NCBI GenBank assembly: GCA_037447605.1
Contig: CM074817.1
Span: forward strand, 558,001 to 622,000
Direction of reading: 5' to 3'
DNA length: 64,000 nt
Origin: Zygnema circumcarinatum SAG 698-1b
Lineage: Eukaryota > Plantae > Zygnematophyceae
Within the stretch, counting starts at the first letter, position 1, and every line of letters starts with the position of its first letter. The notes beneath the pieces were generated by a model. That model saw only the letters and a program-made list of their open reading frames with translations. It searched no databases and had not been told where the DNA came from. Positions 50,998 to 62,976 of the stretch are shown here, piece by piece. The position numbers were made by a program, and so were the translations under genes.

Positions 50998-53126
50998 TCA
51001 GTAGCCTGCCAGGTTTGCGCCCACAGTGGCGCCGAAGGTGCCCTGATGCGCCACGCTGTATGCGCGGTGCTCGGTGTGGAACCACGCGTGGAATGTCGGG
51101 AGGGAGCGAATCCGCGCCACGTGGCCCTCCAGGACCTCCACACTCTGCAGCTCTTTCTGCCGGCGGGTCTGCACAGCGACAGGGAAGAGACGAAGCTACA
51201 TTCTGAACACGGGCGCACTTGTCTGGAGAAGTTGAAAAACAAGTATCTGGTCAAAGTGGGCAAATAAAAACAGCAGACTGAACACGGTAGCCACTGACGT
51301 CAAGAACTGACTGCCAGCGCCTTGTGTGTGTTCTTACAAGCAGAGCAGCTTTTTCATTCGGGATAGACAGTGACGTCACCATAGGCCTCCCCAACATGAC
51401 CGCAGGCTGCTACTTGCAACATTGAACCCAGATTTGCCGTTGCGTGGGTTAAGTACTCAAAAGCTCCCGGCATTGTCCTGGTGATCAAAGCCGTGACGCA
51501 CTTCAGGTGCAGCATCACCGCCAATTATGTTTTAATCCACGCTCTTGACGTGTTGGCAAGTGACATGGCGCAGCAGGACGAGGCGGAGGGTTGCCACACA
51601 ACGAAGCAACATGTGAAAAGAGGCAAAGGGCCTTTCTAGCAGCTCACCTGCAGCATTTGAGGGTCAAGGCCTGCATCCGAGACACACACGAATCGGAGCC
51701 GATAGCCTCCCACTTCGCTCTCTCCAAATGTCTGCCCCCCACAATTAAACTCCAAAGGGGAAACCGCAGAAAGCAGAGTGCCTTGGTTTGCGCCACCACT
51801 CCTCACTATGCTTCCTTGAATAAGCTCCACGTTATCTCGAACCAGTCGCCTGCTTTGCCAGTCACTGGCACCGGATAGTCCAAAAATCCACTCAAAAATC
51901 ATCCGTGATCGATGCATATGAAAATCTGAAGTGACAATGCAGATGTCTGTCCATTGTCGAGGTACGCAGTGCCAGACAAGTGCAAAATAACCGTTGCCGA
52001 TGGTGTCGTACGAGCCCCATTCTTTGAGGATCAAATTTGGGTCCATACCCTACCAATTCCGAGTGAAAACAAGGAATGCAGGTTGTCCAGGAGAAATGAA
52101 CAGGAGATCAGAGGGAGGAACAGCATTCACAGATACACATCCCGCGACAGGCTGACCGTGAAGTTGAGTCAGATCCTCACACATTCACAAACCAAAATTG
52201 TGTGCAAGTTTGCGAAGAGGAAAGATCGTGTATTCACCTTCTGCAGCAAATAATCTGCGCATGAAGTGGACTCATGAACTACATGGCCAGTTGGAGCAAT
52301 GACAGGTGCGCGGTGAGGCGTATTCCCACCCAAGCAGACAATAGGGCACTTGCTCGCAGAAGAGTTGTGGAGGATGAGACAGGCGTCCAACCGCCGCTGC
52401 ACCCATTCTGCCACCGCGGGGCCGTCAAGACGTGCTGCAGACTGTCTACGCTGTCCCGTTGATGTTACTCATGAATCCTAGGTACATCCTTAAAATGAAA
52501 AGAACAAGTCCAATGCAATGAAGGAAGAAACGGCGAACGCATGAAGACATGCTTTGCATGCAACAAAACAGCCCTTTACACCAATTGGAAAAAAAAAAGG
52601 CAATGCGTGCCTGTCATGCAAGTACTTCCGAAGCCAAAACATGAACAGTTCGGTCCTTCAGAAATTTAGGCGAATTGATACCTGGAACACCACCGTCTGC
52701 AGTTTGTCCACCAGCCAATACCATGATGGCGTCAGGAGAAAAATCTTCTGTCCGTCCCTGCTGGCTGGCTTCGCCCAAAGTTTGAACGTTCAGAGCAGCC
52801 ATCGCAACTGAACGAGCCTGCCCTTTATACTTCCCAAGGCAAGGCCTTTTCTTCCACTCTGCAGAATCCACTGCTCGCAGCGTAAAGCTCAACGGAATGT
52901 ACGTTCTGAAGCCATGTCCAGGAGAAGCTTTGAGGTAAAGGTTTCGTGCAGCATTTTGTTTATACCCTAAAAAGGAAGACTGATAATGCGCCTGCAAGGT
53001 GTCTCCGTTTCTGCTGTGGCAGCACTTCCTTCTTCCTGCCATGGCCAGCAGTATAGCCCTGTCGCCATGGATGACACGCGTCACTATTGGAACTGTCATG
53101 GCGGCGATTATGCTCAGCTTCTTCAC
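50998..53126 (-). CDS. DUF218 (YdcF/ElyC/SanA-like) protein; true start uncertain (52802 or upstream to 53126)
   Basis: DAIMVLAGG; WVQRRLD; GGNTPHR...HESTSCADYL; LKEWGSYDTIGNGYF; IVTSDFHMHRSRMIFEWIF; last exon ...FHAWFHTEHRAYS...GY* with stop at 50998-51000. Confidence 0.85.
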
Positions 53127-53672
53127 GAAGATGCTCCTTCACGCCAGTAGCTATTGCTGCCCACAAGTTGACTGCGCTGCTTCTGAAAATGCCGCGTCCT
53201 TACAGACTACTGTATCCTCGACTTCACTTCCAGGGACCAATATGTCCTCTCTTGCTTACGGAATAACAGCCTCTCGAACTTCAGCGAACAGACAAGCTAC
53301 GTCAATAGATTCGTTAAAAGCATTCGACTACGATGGTCGACTCCGCATTGGAAGTCCTACGACTGTACTTTGACCTGCACAAAGTGCAGAGTGCTGCGGA
53401 TGCTCGACCTCTTGCAGTGAGCTGCAGCAGGTTCTGTGCCGTACAAGGCGCGGCAGGGCCAAGCCAGCCCCTCCCTTCCTTCCGCCGTGCTCCTGCTCCT
53501 GCGCCTGCTCCTGCGTTGGCCTCATCCCTTCCACTTCGAGCTTCACATGTCGGCGGGGTCGGCATCATTACCGTGAAGCGCAGCAGCCGCTCTTGTGCGG
53601 GAGAAGGCCTTGGGTCAGCGCAGGCCCTGCAAAAGAGAATGCGACATCCTCTCTTGCCCGCTCGCCAGAGCG

Positions 53673-56600
53673 ATGCTGCGCCGCAGATTGCGGCAGCTGG
53701 CAGCCATTGAGGCTGCTAGGCTTGCCCCCTCTTTCTCTCTTTGTGATGACTTGTATGGCTTCTACTTCACCCTGGAGGTTCCCAGCCAGGACTTAACCAC
53801 TTGCACTTTGCTGTACAGCAGTGAGGTGGTGGGAGGCACTTTGAGTCCTCAATGGAGGCCTCTTCATTCTCCGTCTTCTTTGCTTCCGTCTTCCTCCCTC
53901 CATACGGCCTCATCTCTGCTGATCACAGTTCATTGTGTCACTTGGAATACCGCTTGCGACTGTCAGGTAGATGTACTTGCGCAGTCAGAAAACCGGGTAG
54001 GACGCGCAAGCAAGTGCCAGCTGTGTATATGCTCACTTTTGCAGTTTGCAGCTCGCCCGACTCCAGGGCCTCGCTGGGCTCAATACCAGAGTGAAACAGA
54101 ATTCAGAACTAGAGCAAGATTTTCAAAAAATTTGAGCAATGACAAGTGCTTTCTATGGGTTCAAGAGGAGGATGTCATGGCTACATCACTGCACCTGGGA
54201 TGGCTGCAGCCGGATGCGCCAACAGAAACAAACCGACTCGCAAACGCCTTGCTATTGGAGCTTAACGATGCAACATATTGTATAGCACTCGATCGTACAG
54301 ACTTCAGAACAAATCTTCGTTTTTCATTTGACCGAGCAGTTTCTTCTGCGAAGAATATTACAATAGTTAATGCTGAATGGGAAGAGGATGGCACAACTAC
54401 AGGAAACGCAAGAAGAGAGCCTGCTGTCGTTGAATGGTCTCAGCTGGAAAAAGGCATAGCAGAGATAAGCAGCTTGCGCGGTCTCCTGCGAGAGAGATTG
54501 CGGCAACGAGATGCTTATACAGAACAATTATTTCTGAAGACTCAGGCAAGGATAAACAATTCATCATTTCTTTTTGGATTATTTGCTTGTTTCGTCAATT
54601 CAAGTTTGGATAACATGTCTGCACCCAAGAGCTTGTGTTTCAAGCAAGCCAATTTTACTGTATGGGGATCTTTGTCAACTGGACAAACATGTGGCATGAA
54701 TCATGCAGTTCAATTTATTTTCCAGCACAGCTTAATTAGCCAGCTCGTGCAAGTAGGAAAGAGATGTATAAACCAGCAGCAAAGTGCAGTATTGGTGATC
54801 GTTCAACCAGACATACCAGCATCAGCACCACCAATGTCACTGTCAAAACTTGTCCTATTGGCCAATGAGTTGTCCTCTTTCGAAATGCAGACGAGAGAAA
54901 GGCGGCAAGTGCAAGTAGAGCAGCTGGAGGCCTTGCAACAACGGATGAGTGGACGCCGTCGTGAAGTGGCAGCAGTGTTGGAGGAGCTCGCGGAGAAGAA
55001 GCAGGAGCTGAGCAGTTCTGTGGAGAGTTTACTTGTGCAAACGAAAAATCTGCTGAACAGTGGGCGAGCTCTGCGCGCTGCTCGCACGAGGCTTCAGGTG
55101 AAGTTCCTTCTCCCTCAGGCTTTGCTCAACATCAATTGAAACAATTACTCCTTTGTGATATTCTTAATGTTGCTATCTGTGCTCTGCTTGTTATCTCGAC
55201 ACCACGTACATGGTACGAGCTAGTCCACTGAGTTCTGCAGACCACGTCTTTCGCAGTGTCCTAGGGCAAAACGCTGTAAGTTAATGATCATGCTGGTACT
55301 GAATTTCTGCGACTATCCCGTTCCTTTTCAGAATTCGTACGGTTGGAGGGTTGCACTTCTCATGTTTCACAATGTCCGAGTCGCCCTCTCTGTGAACTGG
55401 GCCTCCTCTTCTGTACACAGGAAACCATGAAGCAATTCAAACTGTGCTCTGTTTCTTGCTTTCCTTGCCTCTCCTTGTCTTCGATCCATTTGCCTTGTCG
55501 TATTTCTCCAGGTTATTGCCTACTTCTCTCCCACCACAGCTCCTTCGTTATGTCATGTAAGCATTAGAGCTCCTAATGACGCACGATGACGCATCAGCAA
55601 GTCGTTTCCAAGTACAATGCCAAAGAATTCTTGGAGCAGAGAATAACAGGACGAGCCAATTAGCTTTGTTTTGGAATGTTGTTGTTTACGTAGTATGTTT
55701 TACTTGGGGCAACTCGTTACTGACTCAATCCTTAATCGACATTCGGGCTGTTGAAGTATATGGCTGTTCGGGACCCTTCTCCTTGTAGCAAGATAATGTC
55801 TTTCCGTTTTTTGTGTTCTAGAGTCCATGATGGTCTTATGGTGATTTATGAGTGTTGTTTAATTGACTCTGCTCAAGCTCTGGACTGTCGTGTCATTAAG
55901 CATAAGCTTAACTTGAAAGGCTTTTGTTACCAGCACCATTGATAGCCAGAGTTCTTATTTTGTTTCAAATGTCGTTGTTTGTCATTATTTGCATGCAGGA
56001 CGCGGAGGTGATGCTGTCACAGAATGCTGGTACAAGGGCAGCTGCGCTGTTCTACGCATTAGCATGTAGACGGAGGCGTATGATCTGCCAGGTGGCAGCG
56101 ATCTACCCCCTGAAGCGTCAATCTGGATATGTGTCTTCGCTCGTGCAGAAGGACGGTGCAGGTAAAATTGAACGAAGAGAAAATGAGGGCGAGAATGGGA
56201 ACATAGCGGCAAAAGATTTTCAAGAAACAGAGGAATGGAGTGTTGCCGGTTTTCGGCTTCAAGATTTAGGACAGGCGCTGCAGCAAGGGCAGGGGGACAA
56301 GGCAGACCAGCAGCGCTGTGCTGCCGTCTTTGGATACGTGGCTCATGTGAGATTTTGAAAACCGGATCTTTTGACGTGGGGTGTGAGATGAGGAGTGAGG
56401 GTTGGGCGGGTGTCGGGGTTGAGCACTCGCGTTAAAGGATTCTGAAGGGATGCCGAGGATCAGCTTTTGCAGCATGATATCTCCATGTCTCTCGTGTTTA
56501 GCTTCACTTCGGATCCTTGCATCTGGTGGCCTGTCTGGATGCGCCGAACTCCTAAGCAACTTGTTTGATCTGCCGCTTTCGCAACTTAGCACAAATGTTA

Positions 56601-57519
56601 TGAAAGTCCTTGACTTTTTCTATATTCCTTCACCTGAGTATCATATCGTTGTCCTAGCATGTGATCTTCACTGTGCCATGCAATTGAAAATAGCTCATCT
56701 TGAGCATGCGGAGAGTCTGTCTTGACTGATTATTTTGTGTGCCTTACCTGGAAGAAGTTTGATGCTTATCATCACGTTGATGCTTTGTTTGAGGTGCTTG
56801 TGCAGACTGTTGTGTTGGTTGCCTCATACCTGGACGTACACCTCCACTACCCTCTGAAGGCTGTCGGATCCACCTCTAAGATAATTGATCCACTTGGGCT
56901 GGTGGATCCAGCATCGGACTCGCTGCCCTCTGGGGCAGCTCTTACGAAAGACTCTGCCTCTTCGTATTCTGTGGAATATCCCCTATACCTCGAGGGGCAG
57001 GACGAGGCTGCTTTTGTGAAGGCTGTTGAACTCCTGAACGAAGTAAGTTTTGTCGCAGAGTGTCCTTCCTCCCCCCCCTGACCCCCATACCTTTTACGTG
57101 CGTCCCCACCATCACCCTCTTTCTTGTGTATATTTTCTCTCCCCCTCGTCCCTTGTTACACACGTGTACGCTACTAGGAGTCATTTATTATGCCTAGTAT
57201 GTAAGATTTGAATTCCTTCGTCATCTGAAGTTGATGAGGAAGGAAGCAGATGGATTCTCGGAATCGTACGTGAGAGTGTTCTGTACACTGTATGTAGTCA
57301 CCCTTCTGAATGTATTTATCGCTCCCACGTCGCAGTACAGGCTCTGCGTAGACTTTGTACGTGTCCGTCCCTCCTTCTGACTCGCCACTTTCGCGCGGGC
57401 AGAATCTTGAGCAGCTGCTCCAGGCTGTGGGTCTGTCATGGGTGGGGCCCACCCAGACAATGCCAAATTTGCATCGTCTATTGACAGCTGTCCGCAACTG
57501 GACCTGCCATCTGGCATAG
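53673..57519 (+). CDS. VPS38: UVRAG/VPS38 (PI3K complex II subunit) with an N-terminal C2-like domain, coiled coil and BARA2 region
   Basis: RRLRQLAAIEAARL...YFTLE...YSSEVVGGTLSPQWRPL and NALLLELNDATY resemble the animal UVRAG N-terminus. Then coiled coil; RRRRMICQVAAIYPL; AAVFGYVAH; SYLDVHLHYPLKAVGSTSKIID; YPLYLEG...FVKAVELLN; NLEQLL...TMPNL; TAG at 57517-57519. Confidence 0.88.
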
Positions 57520-57867
57520 GACGTCGGAGCAAGAAACATTGCTCCTAAAAAGGCAAGAGGGTTGAGGGCATGAAATGAAGAAAGGGATGAATCTGCTCCA
57601 ATCATTTCGCATCCGTAGAAGTGTTTCGATCTGGCGAAAGGTAAGCCTTGACTCTCACTCCGCCCCCTTCCCCTCGCCCTCCCCCTCTTTGTGAGAAGCA
57701 CACACAAACGATGGAGTCCTTTTTGGCTTTTCTTTTGTTCACCAACAATTTCTCTTTTTGTGCTCTCTTCATTTTCTTTTTGAAGTTGTAACTGGCAAAG
57801 AGGGAGCCGGGAAATCTTGATGTTGGTGGCTTCCTTATTGTGCCATTTCTTGTCCGAGAGACTGGAT

Positions 57868-57869
57868 GC

Positions 57870-57927
<58 letters not shown>

Positions 57928-58200
57928 TCTCCCTCTCCCACTCCCACTCCCTCTCCCTCTCCCTCTCCCTTTCCTTCTCCAACTCCCACTCCCACTCCCT
58001 CTCCCTCTCCCTCTCCCTTTCCTTCTCCCTCTCCCTCTTCCTCTCCTTCTCCCTCTCCCTCTCCCTCTCCCTCTCCTCTCTCTCCCCTCTCCTCTCCCTC
58101 TCCCTCTCTCCCCTCTCCTCTCCCTCTCCCTCTCCCTCTCCTCTCTCTCTCTCCCCTCACTCTCTTTCTCTCTCTCTATCTCTCTCCTCTCTCTCTCTCC
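57868..58200. repeat. CT/CCCTCT polypyrimidine microsatellite
   Basis: (CT)n followed by (CTCTCC)n variants. Confidence 0.95.
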
Positions 58201-59407
58201 CCCTCTCGGAATCTCCCAACGCTTTTTTTGCTCTTTCCTTGCGCCTTTCTGTGTGAGCAGTGTGTGCGGTGGGCAGGATGCCTTTGGGGCTGGCATAGAA
58301 ACGTCAGCGCGCAGCTGCCCCTGCTCTGCGCAACGGCCTCCTCTCGTGCGCTCACGCCGCGGCCATGCAGCAGTCACCGTCATGTCGTGTCGTGTCGTGT
58401 CGTGTCGTGTCTTGGCTTGTCGTTGTGTGTATGGAAGGGGTCGGCGGAGTGAACTGATCTCGCTGGTAGGCTCCTGCGCGTGTTCGAATACCTCTTGTCC
58501 AAATAAAAGGAGCGGCTCGATAAATTTAATATGGGGTATCTCTCCATTTGAAGGAGTTTGTGGGAGCTGTAATGTTCACGTGCACGCTCTCCGCCCTGCG
58601 CCACTCCTCTCCTCTCTCCTCTCTGGCTGTTGTTCTCTCCCGCCTCCGCCTCCGCTTTCGCCTGCTCCCGTCCGTCCGTGCGTGTGTGCTTGCGCGCGTC
58701 CCGTCCGTTCCCGTCCCTCAGTGCGAGCCCGCGCCCTCTCGGAGGCGGAGAGGGACCGCCGTACGGTCGTGCCGGACACAGCGATTTATATGTGCGTACA
58801 AATTCCGTATGTCGGCGACCGTTGAAGGTCCGGATATTTTGGGCCACGCGGGGTCGGGGCACCGCCCAGACGTGTACGGATGGAGAGGGGTGCGCGGAGG
58901 TGCGCGGAGGGGCGCGGAGGACCACTCGGCCGCTTGCGCCTCGCCGACAGTGCGAGGGAGGGAGAAGTAGACCACTCGCCTTCGCGCTGCTTCTCCCCCG
59001 ACCTCGCCTGCGGGGGGAGGCGACGAGCGTGGAGGTGGAGAGTATATGAGACTAGATCTGGGAGCTGCTGGAACGTTGGCGTCCTCCTCTCCAACGCTCC
59101 CGCTTCCGCCTTCCATCTCCCTCTCGCTTCGCCGGCTTTTTTTACACCTTCGCTTCCGCTTGCCTTTTTTTTTCCTTGCTTGATTTCGTGGCCGCATATC
59201 TGAGCCTGCTGTTAAATTCTTTCTCTCTCTCCCTCAAATTTCTCTCCCTCCCTCAACTTTCTCTCTCTCCCTCAACTTTCTCTCTCTCCCTCAACTTTCT
59301 CTGTTTGTTTCCCCCGCCCTACCGCACATCTTCCCTCCCTTTCTCTTCCGACCCTGCGGTATGTAAATCTTCATCGGTTCCTTGCGAAGCCCTTCGCGTG
59401 CCCATCC

Positions 59408-62400
59408 ATGGATGCCTTGCTCCCACCCTTTTCCCTTCCCCCCTCCCTTTCCTCCCTCCCGGACGATGTCCTCCTGGAGATCCTACACCGCCTCCCCACT
59501 CTACAGCGCCTTTCTGCTCAATCAGTGTGCGCCAGGTGGCGGGACCTCCTCCGCCACCCCTCTCTCTGGCAGCATCTCAACCTCGAAGACGCTCCTCACC
59601 TCTCCTCGCGGCAGGTGGTGCATCTTGTAGGGCTCACCGCACTCCCTGACGGCCATGGATTTGGGCTCCGCAGCCTCCGAGCAGCTGGCACGTGGCAGCT
59701 GGAGGTGAGCCAGCTGCTGCCCGCCCTGCAGCTTTGCTTGCACCTCGAAGCATTGCAAGCAGTCGCCTCTCCCACAGGGGGTCGGCCGCAAGTGACCGCC
59801 GCCTCTCTCCCGGCACTCGCCCGGCTGTGCGAGGCGGGGGGTGCAATCTCCGCAAGTGATGCGGAGAGTGCTGGGAGCGTGGAGGGAATGAGAGAGGGAG
59901 AGGGGGAGGGAGAGGAGGAGATTGGGTCGAACTTGCAAGCTGTGCTCGGGGGGGAGAGGTTCTGGGTGGGGGGAGCAAACAATTCCAGGCCTAGAGGAGG
60001 AGGAGAGAACTTTCTTTTTGGAGGAGAAAACAGAATTGGGGGAAATAATTTCAGAACTGGAGCTGGGAGAGACAATTTTACAGGCAGGACGGACAATGGT
60101 AGCAGTCTAAAAGAAAACATTGGCAGGGGGAGGGTAAGCCGGAGAGTTGGAGGCACAAGAGTTGAGGTTGACCTGGAGGTGGACTGGTCCACGGAGGAGG
60201 AGCTGGACGAGACGGCCAGCCAGCTGACAGAATCTGAGTGGTCCCTCGTGTTCGCTGCGGTGGGTGAAAAGCTTCCGCTGCTGCGAGTTCGAGCGTTGTA
60301 TATCGAGATTTTTTCAGTGGAGCAGACATGGCCCCTTCTGCTTTCTTCACTCAGAACAAATACCAGCTTGCAAGAGCTTTACATTGTCTGTCTCCATTGC
60401 GATGTATTGACTCTTGGAGATATGCTGTCGAGCTTGGCGGATGCTCTTGAAGCGGGCGGTTCTCTGCGAGTAGCTCAGATAAAGTATGCGGAGTTTCGAT
60501 CTCCCTTACATCTTCGGCCTCTTCTGCGCCTCTGCAGCGGAGTGTCATCATCACTTCGCAGGTTAGAGCTTATCAAATGCGATTTTCCTTTCGGGGCAGA
60601 ATTGGGGTTGGCAGAATTACTTTCTGCCGATACTCTTTTAGAGGAGCTTGTGGTGGATGGAGGGGGGAAAGCGGAAGCCATTGCGCCCGCTTTAGCGAGC
60701 AACACAACATTGAAGATTTTGCGGTTACAGGGAGTAGTGGAATGTGGTGTAATAAAACTAGGAGAAGCGCTGCAGCACAATAAGACTCTTGTGGAGTTGG
60801 ACTTGCGACATATGATGGTGACGCATGCGGGCCTGATGGCTTTGGCAGCAGCGCTGCACGAAAACAAGTCCCTCAGGACATTGCGCCTGGATCGTGAGTG
60901 TCCTTTCTGCTGCCTTTAACATGCTCTAGGAGAGTTGTTTGTTGCCTACCCATTTTCGGAGTTTGTGAAGGCTTTCTTTGAATGTCAGTAGATCAACACT
61001 CTACAGCCGATTGGGCATGGAGATGAATGAATGTAGGCTCCCTGCTCTGTTCAATGCTTTCGGTCACCTTTCTCAAGTGAGTAACATGCAATCATAAGCC
61101 TGCAACAAGTCAATCTATATCCTTGACAGAACTCAGCACCTGACCTGAGATCCCAAACCCCCCGCACCTGCAATACCCGAAAACCCATCAAGCTTAACTC
61201 CAATATCCCAACCAATTCTGAAAATGTCCTTACCCCTGCAACCTTTCACTTGTTGCTTCTTTGCATGTCCAGACGGCCAAGTGGATTACTTTTTGGCGAC
61301 AGAGGAGCTCGTGGAGGCCCTGGAGGCGGTGGTGGCGGCCGTGGAGCAGAGGGGCGGAATGGACGTTTTGGGCGTGTCGGCTCCGGACGGCTTCTGGCTG
61401 ACCTCCTCGAAAGCGCCCTTCCTCTCGCTGCCCAAACGCTTCTATGAGCCCTCGTTGGCACGGATCGCGACGGGCCCCTCCCCGCTTGTGAAGGCGCTGC
61501 ACATCACATGTGAGGGATGCAATGCACTCAGCGTGACCCCTATGCGAACGAGATTATGAGAACAAAGTATATGGCCGAAAGTTTCAGAAAATTCGTTGTT
61601 GAAGGAGGACACTGTCTGTTAGCAAGTTGGTGTATTGTCGGGAGATCGCTGCAGGAAGTCAATCTATATTCCCAAAGATCACAGGGAACGATATGGGGCT
61701 CGTTTCCATGTGCAGCTCCCTGGGAGGAGTGGCAGGCGGGGGATGCGGCTGCATGGAGGCTGTGGTTCGGGCTTTCCTGCGCCAATGAAGGCGGACTCGG
61801 GGCATCGGGTGAGCGGGGCTCTGTGCGCTTGGGTCGTCTGGCCACTCAATATGGGTGTGTTTTGTTTCTTCTTTCGGGTCATGTTATAGAGGTGACGAAA
61901 CAACAAACAGCTGTTCAAACCAAGCGACAGAGGACGAGAGAACACGGGTTTTACGAATTACAAAGACGACAATTCTCTTGCACTTGAGCCTTAAACGAGT
62001 TTTTTGGTCACCAGTCAGAATGGCAATTAAAAGAGCTACAGCGGTCGAATTACTAGAATTTCTGAATTACAGTCGATTGCCATATTTTTCCTTAGCACTA
62101 TGAATATGTAGAGATTATCCTTCCACGTGGACGTGGCGTCTGTCCAAGCCATTTCATAAAAGTTTTGGAACGTCGTACTGTTTTCATAGGCGATGTTCTC
62201 ATCCTGTGACCGCCGGTCATCCACCTCCTGCAAGAGAACATGCTCTTGCATGTTTGCGAGATGTTTTACCTCTTATTCGGGTCTGTACGTTTTGCTTGCT
62301 CACACGACTGGCCTGGTCATGTGCAGCGGAGGCTCTCTCAAGGAGGGGAGAGACTCCTGGCAAAGGAGTCCGCCTGCACTTACTGCACGACGGGGGAGGA

Positions 62401-62976
62401 GAGGTGGAGGTGTGGGCGACGCACGCGTGGGTCAGTCAGCATCCGGACCCTCCCTCCCTCCTGGCCAAGGGCTCCCTAATGATCCTACAGCCTTTACTAG
62501 GTTACGGTTTACAGGATTCGTTCGTTCTTGTCAGTCATTTGTTTGGCAGATTTGAAGGTCCCTGAGCCAAGCCCTGTGCGCCCGTGCAGGTCCCGGCGCT
62601 GTCGCGGCACGTGGCGGTGGAGCGGTCGGCGTGGGCGCGGGCGGGCGAGGCGTTGCTGGTGGCGGTGTTCCCGGCGGTGCACGTGTGGGAGAGCGTGGCG
62701 GCGGTGCACCGCGCGGAGTGCGCGCGGTACAGCTGCTGCCTCGACTGGTGCTTCCTCGCGCCGCTCGCGCTCGTGCGCACCGCGGGGCTCGTCGCGGGGC
62801 TGCTCGCGCTCTACCTCGTCCTCTACGCGCAGGCGCTCGCGCTGCGCCTCCACGACGCCGCGCGCCGCCTCTTCCTCCCCGCGCCGCCGCCCGGGGAGGC
62901 GCCGGAGCCCAAGCGCCACCCCACCGCGCTGCTGCGCACGCCCGAGGGCCACCGCCTGCTGCGCAACATCGTCTAG
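59408..62976 (+). CDS. F-box / RNI-like leucine-rich-repeat protein with a hydrophobic C-terminal region (3' exons inferred)
   Basis: F-box LSSLPDDVLLEILHRLPTLQRLSAQSVCARWRDLL...LW and RNI-like repeats (LASNTTLKILRL, LQHNKTLVELDL, LHENKSLRTLRL). Phase-consistent exons 59408-60893, 61273-61509, 61716-61808, 62327-62430 and 62590-62976. Confidence 0.8.

Noticed and set aside
57174-58825. Several 100-330 aa ORFs
   Set aside because: They derive from the CT microsatellite and the GC-rich promoter.
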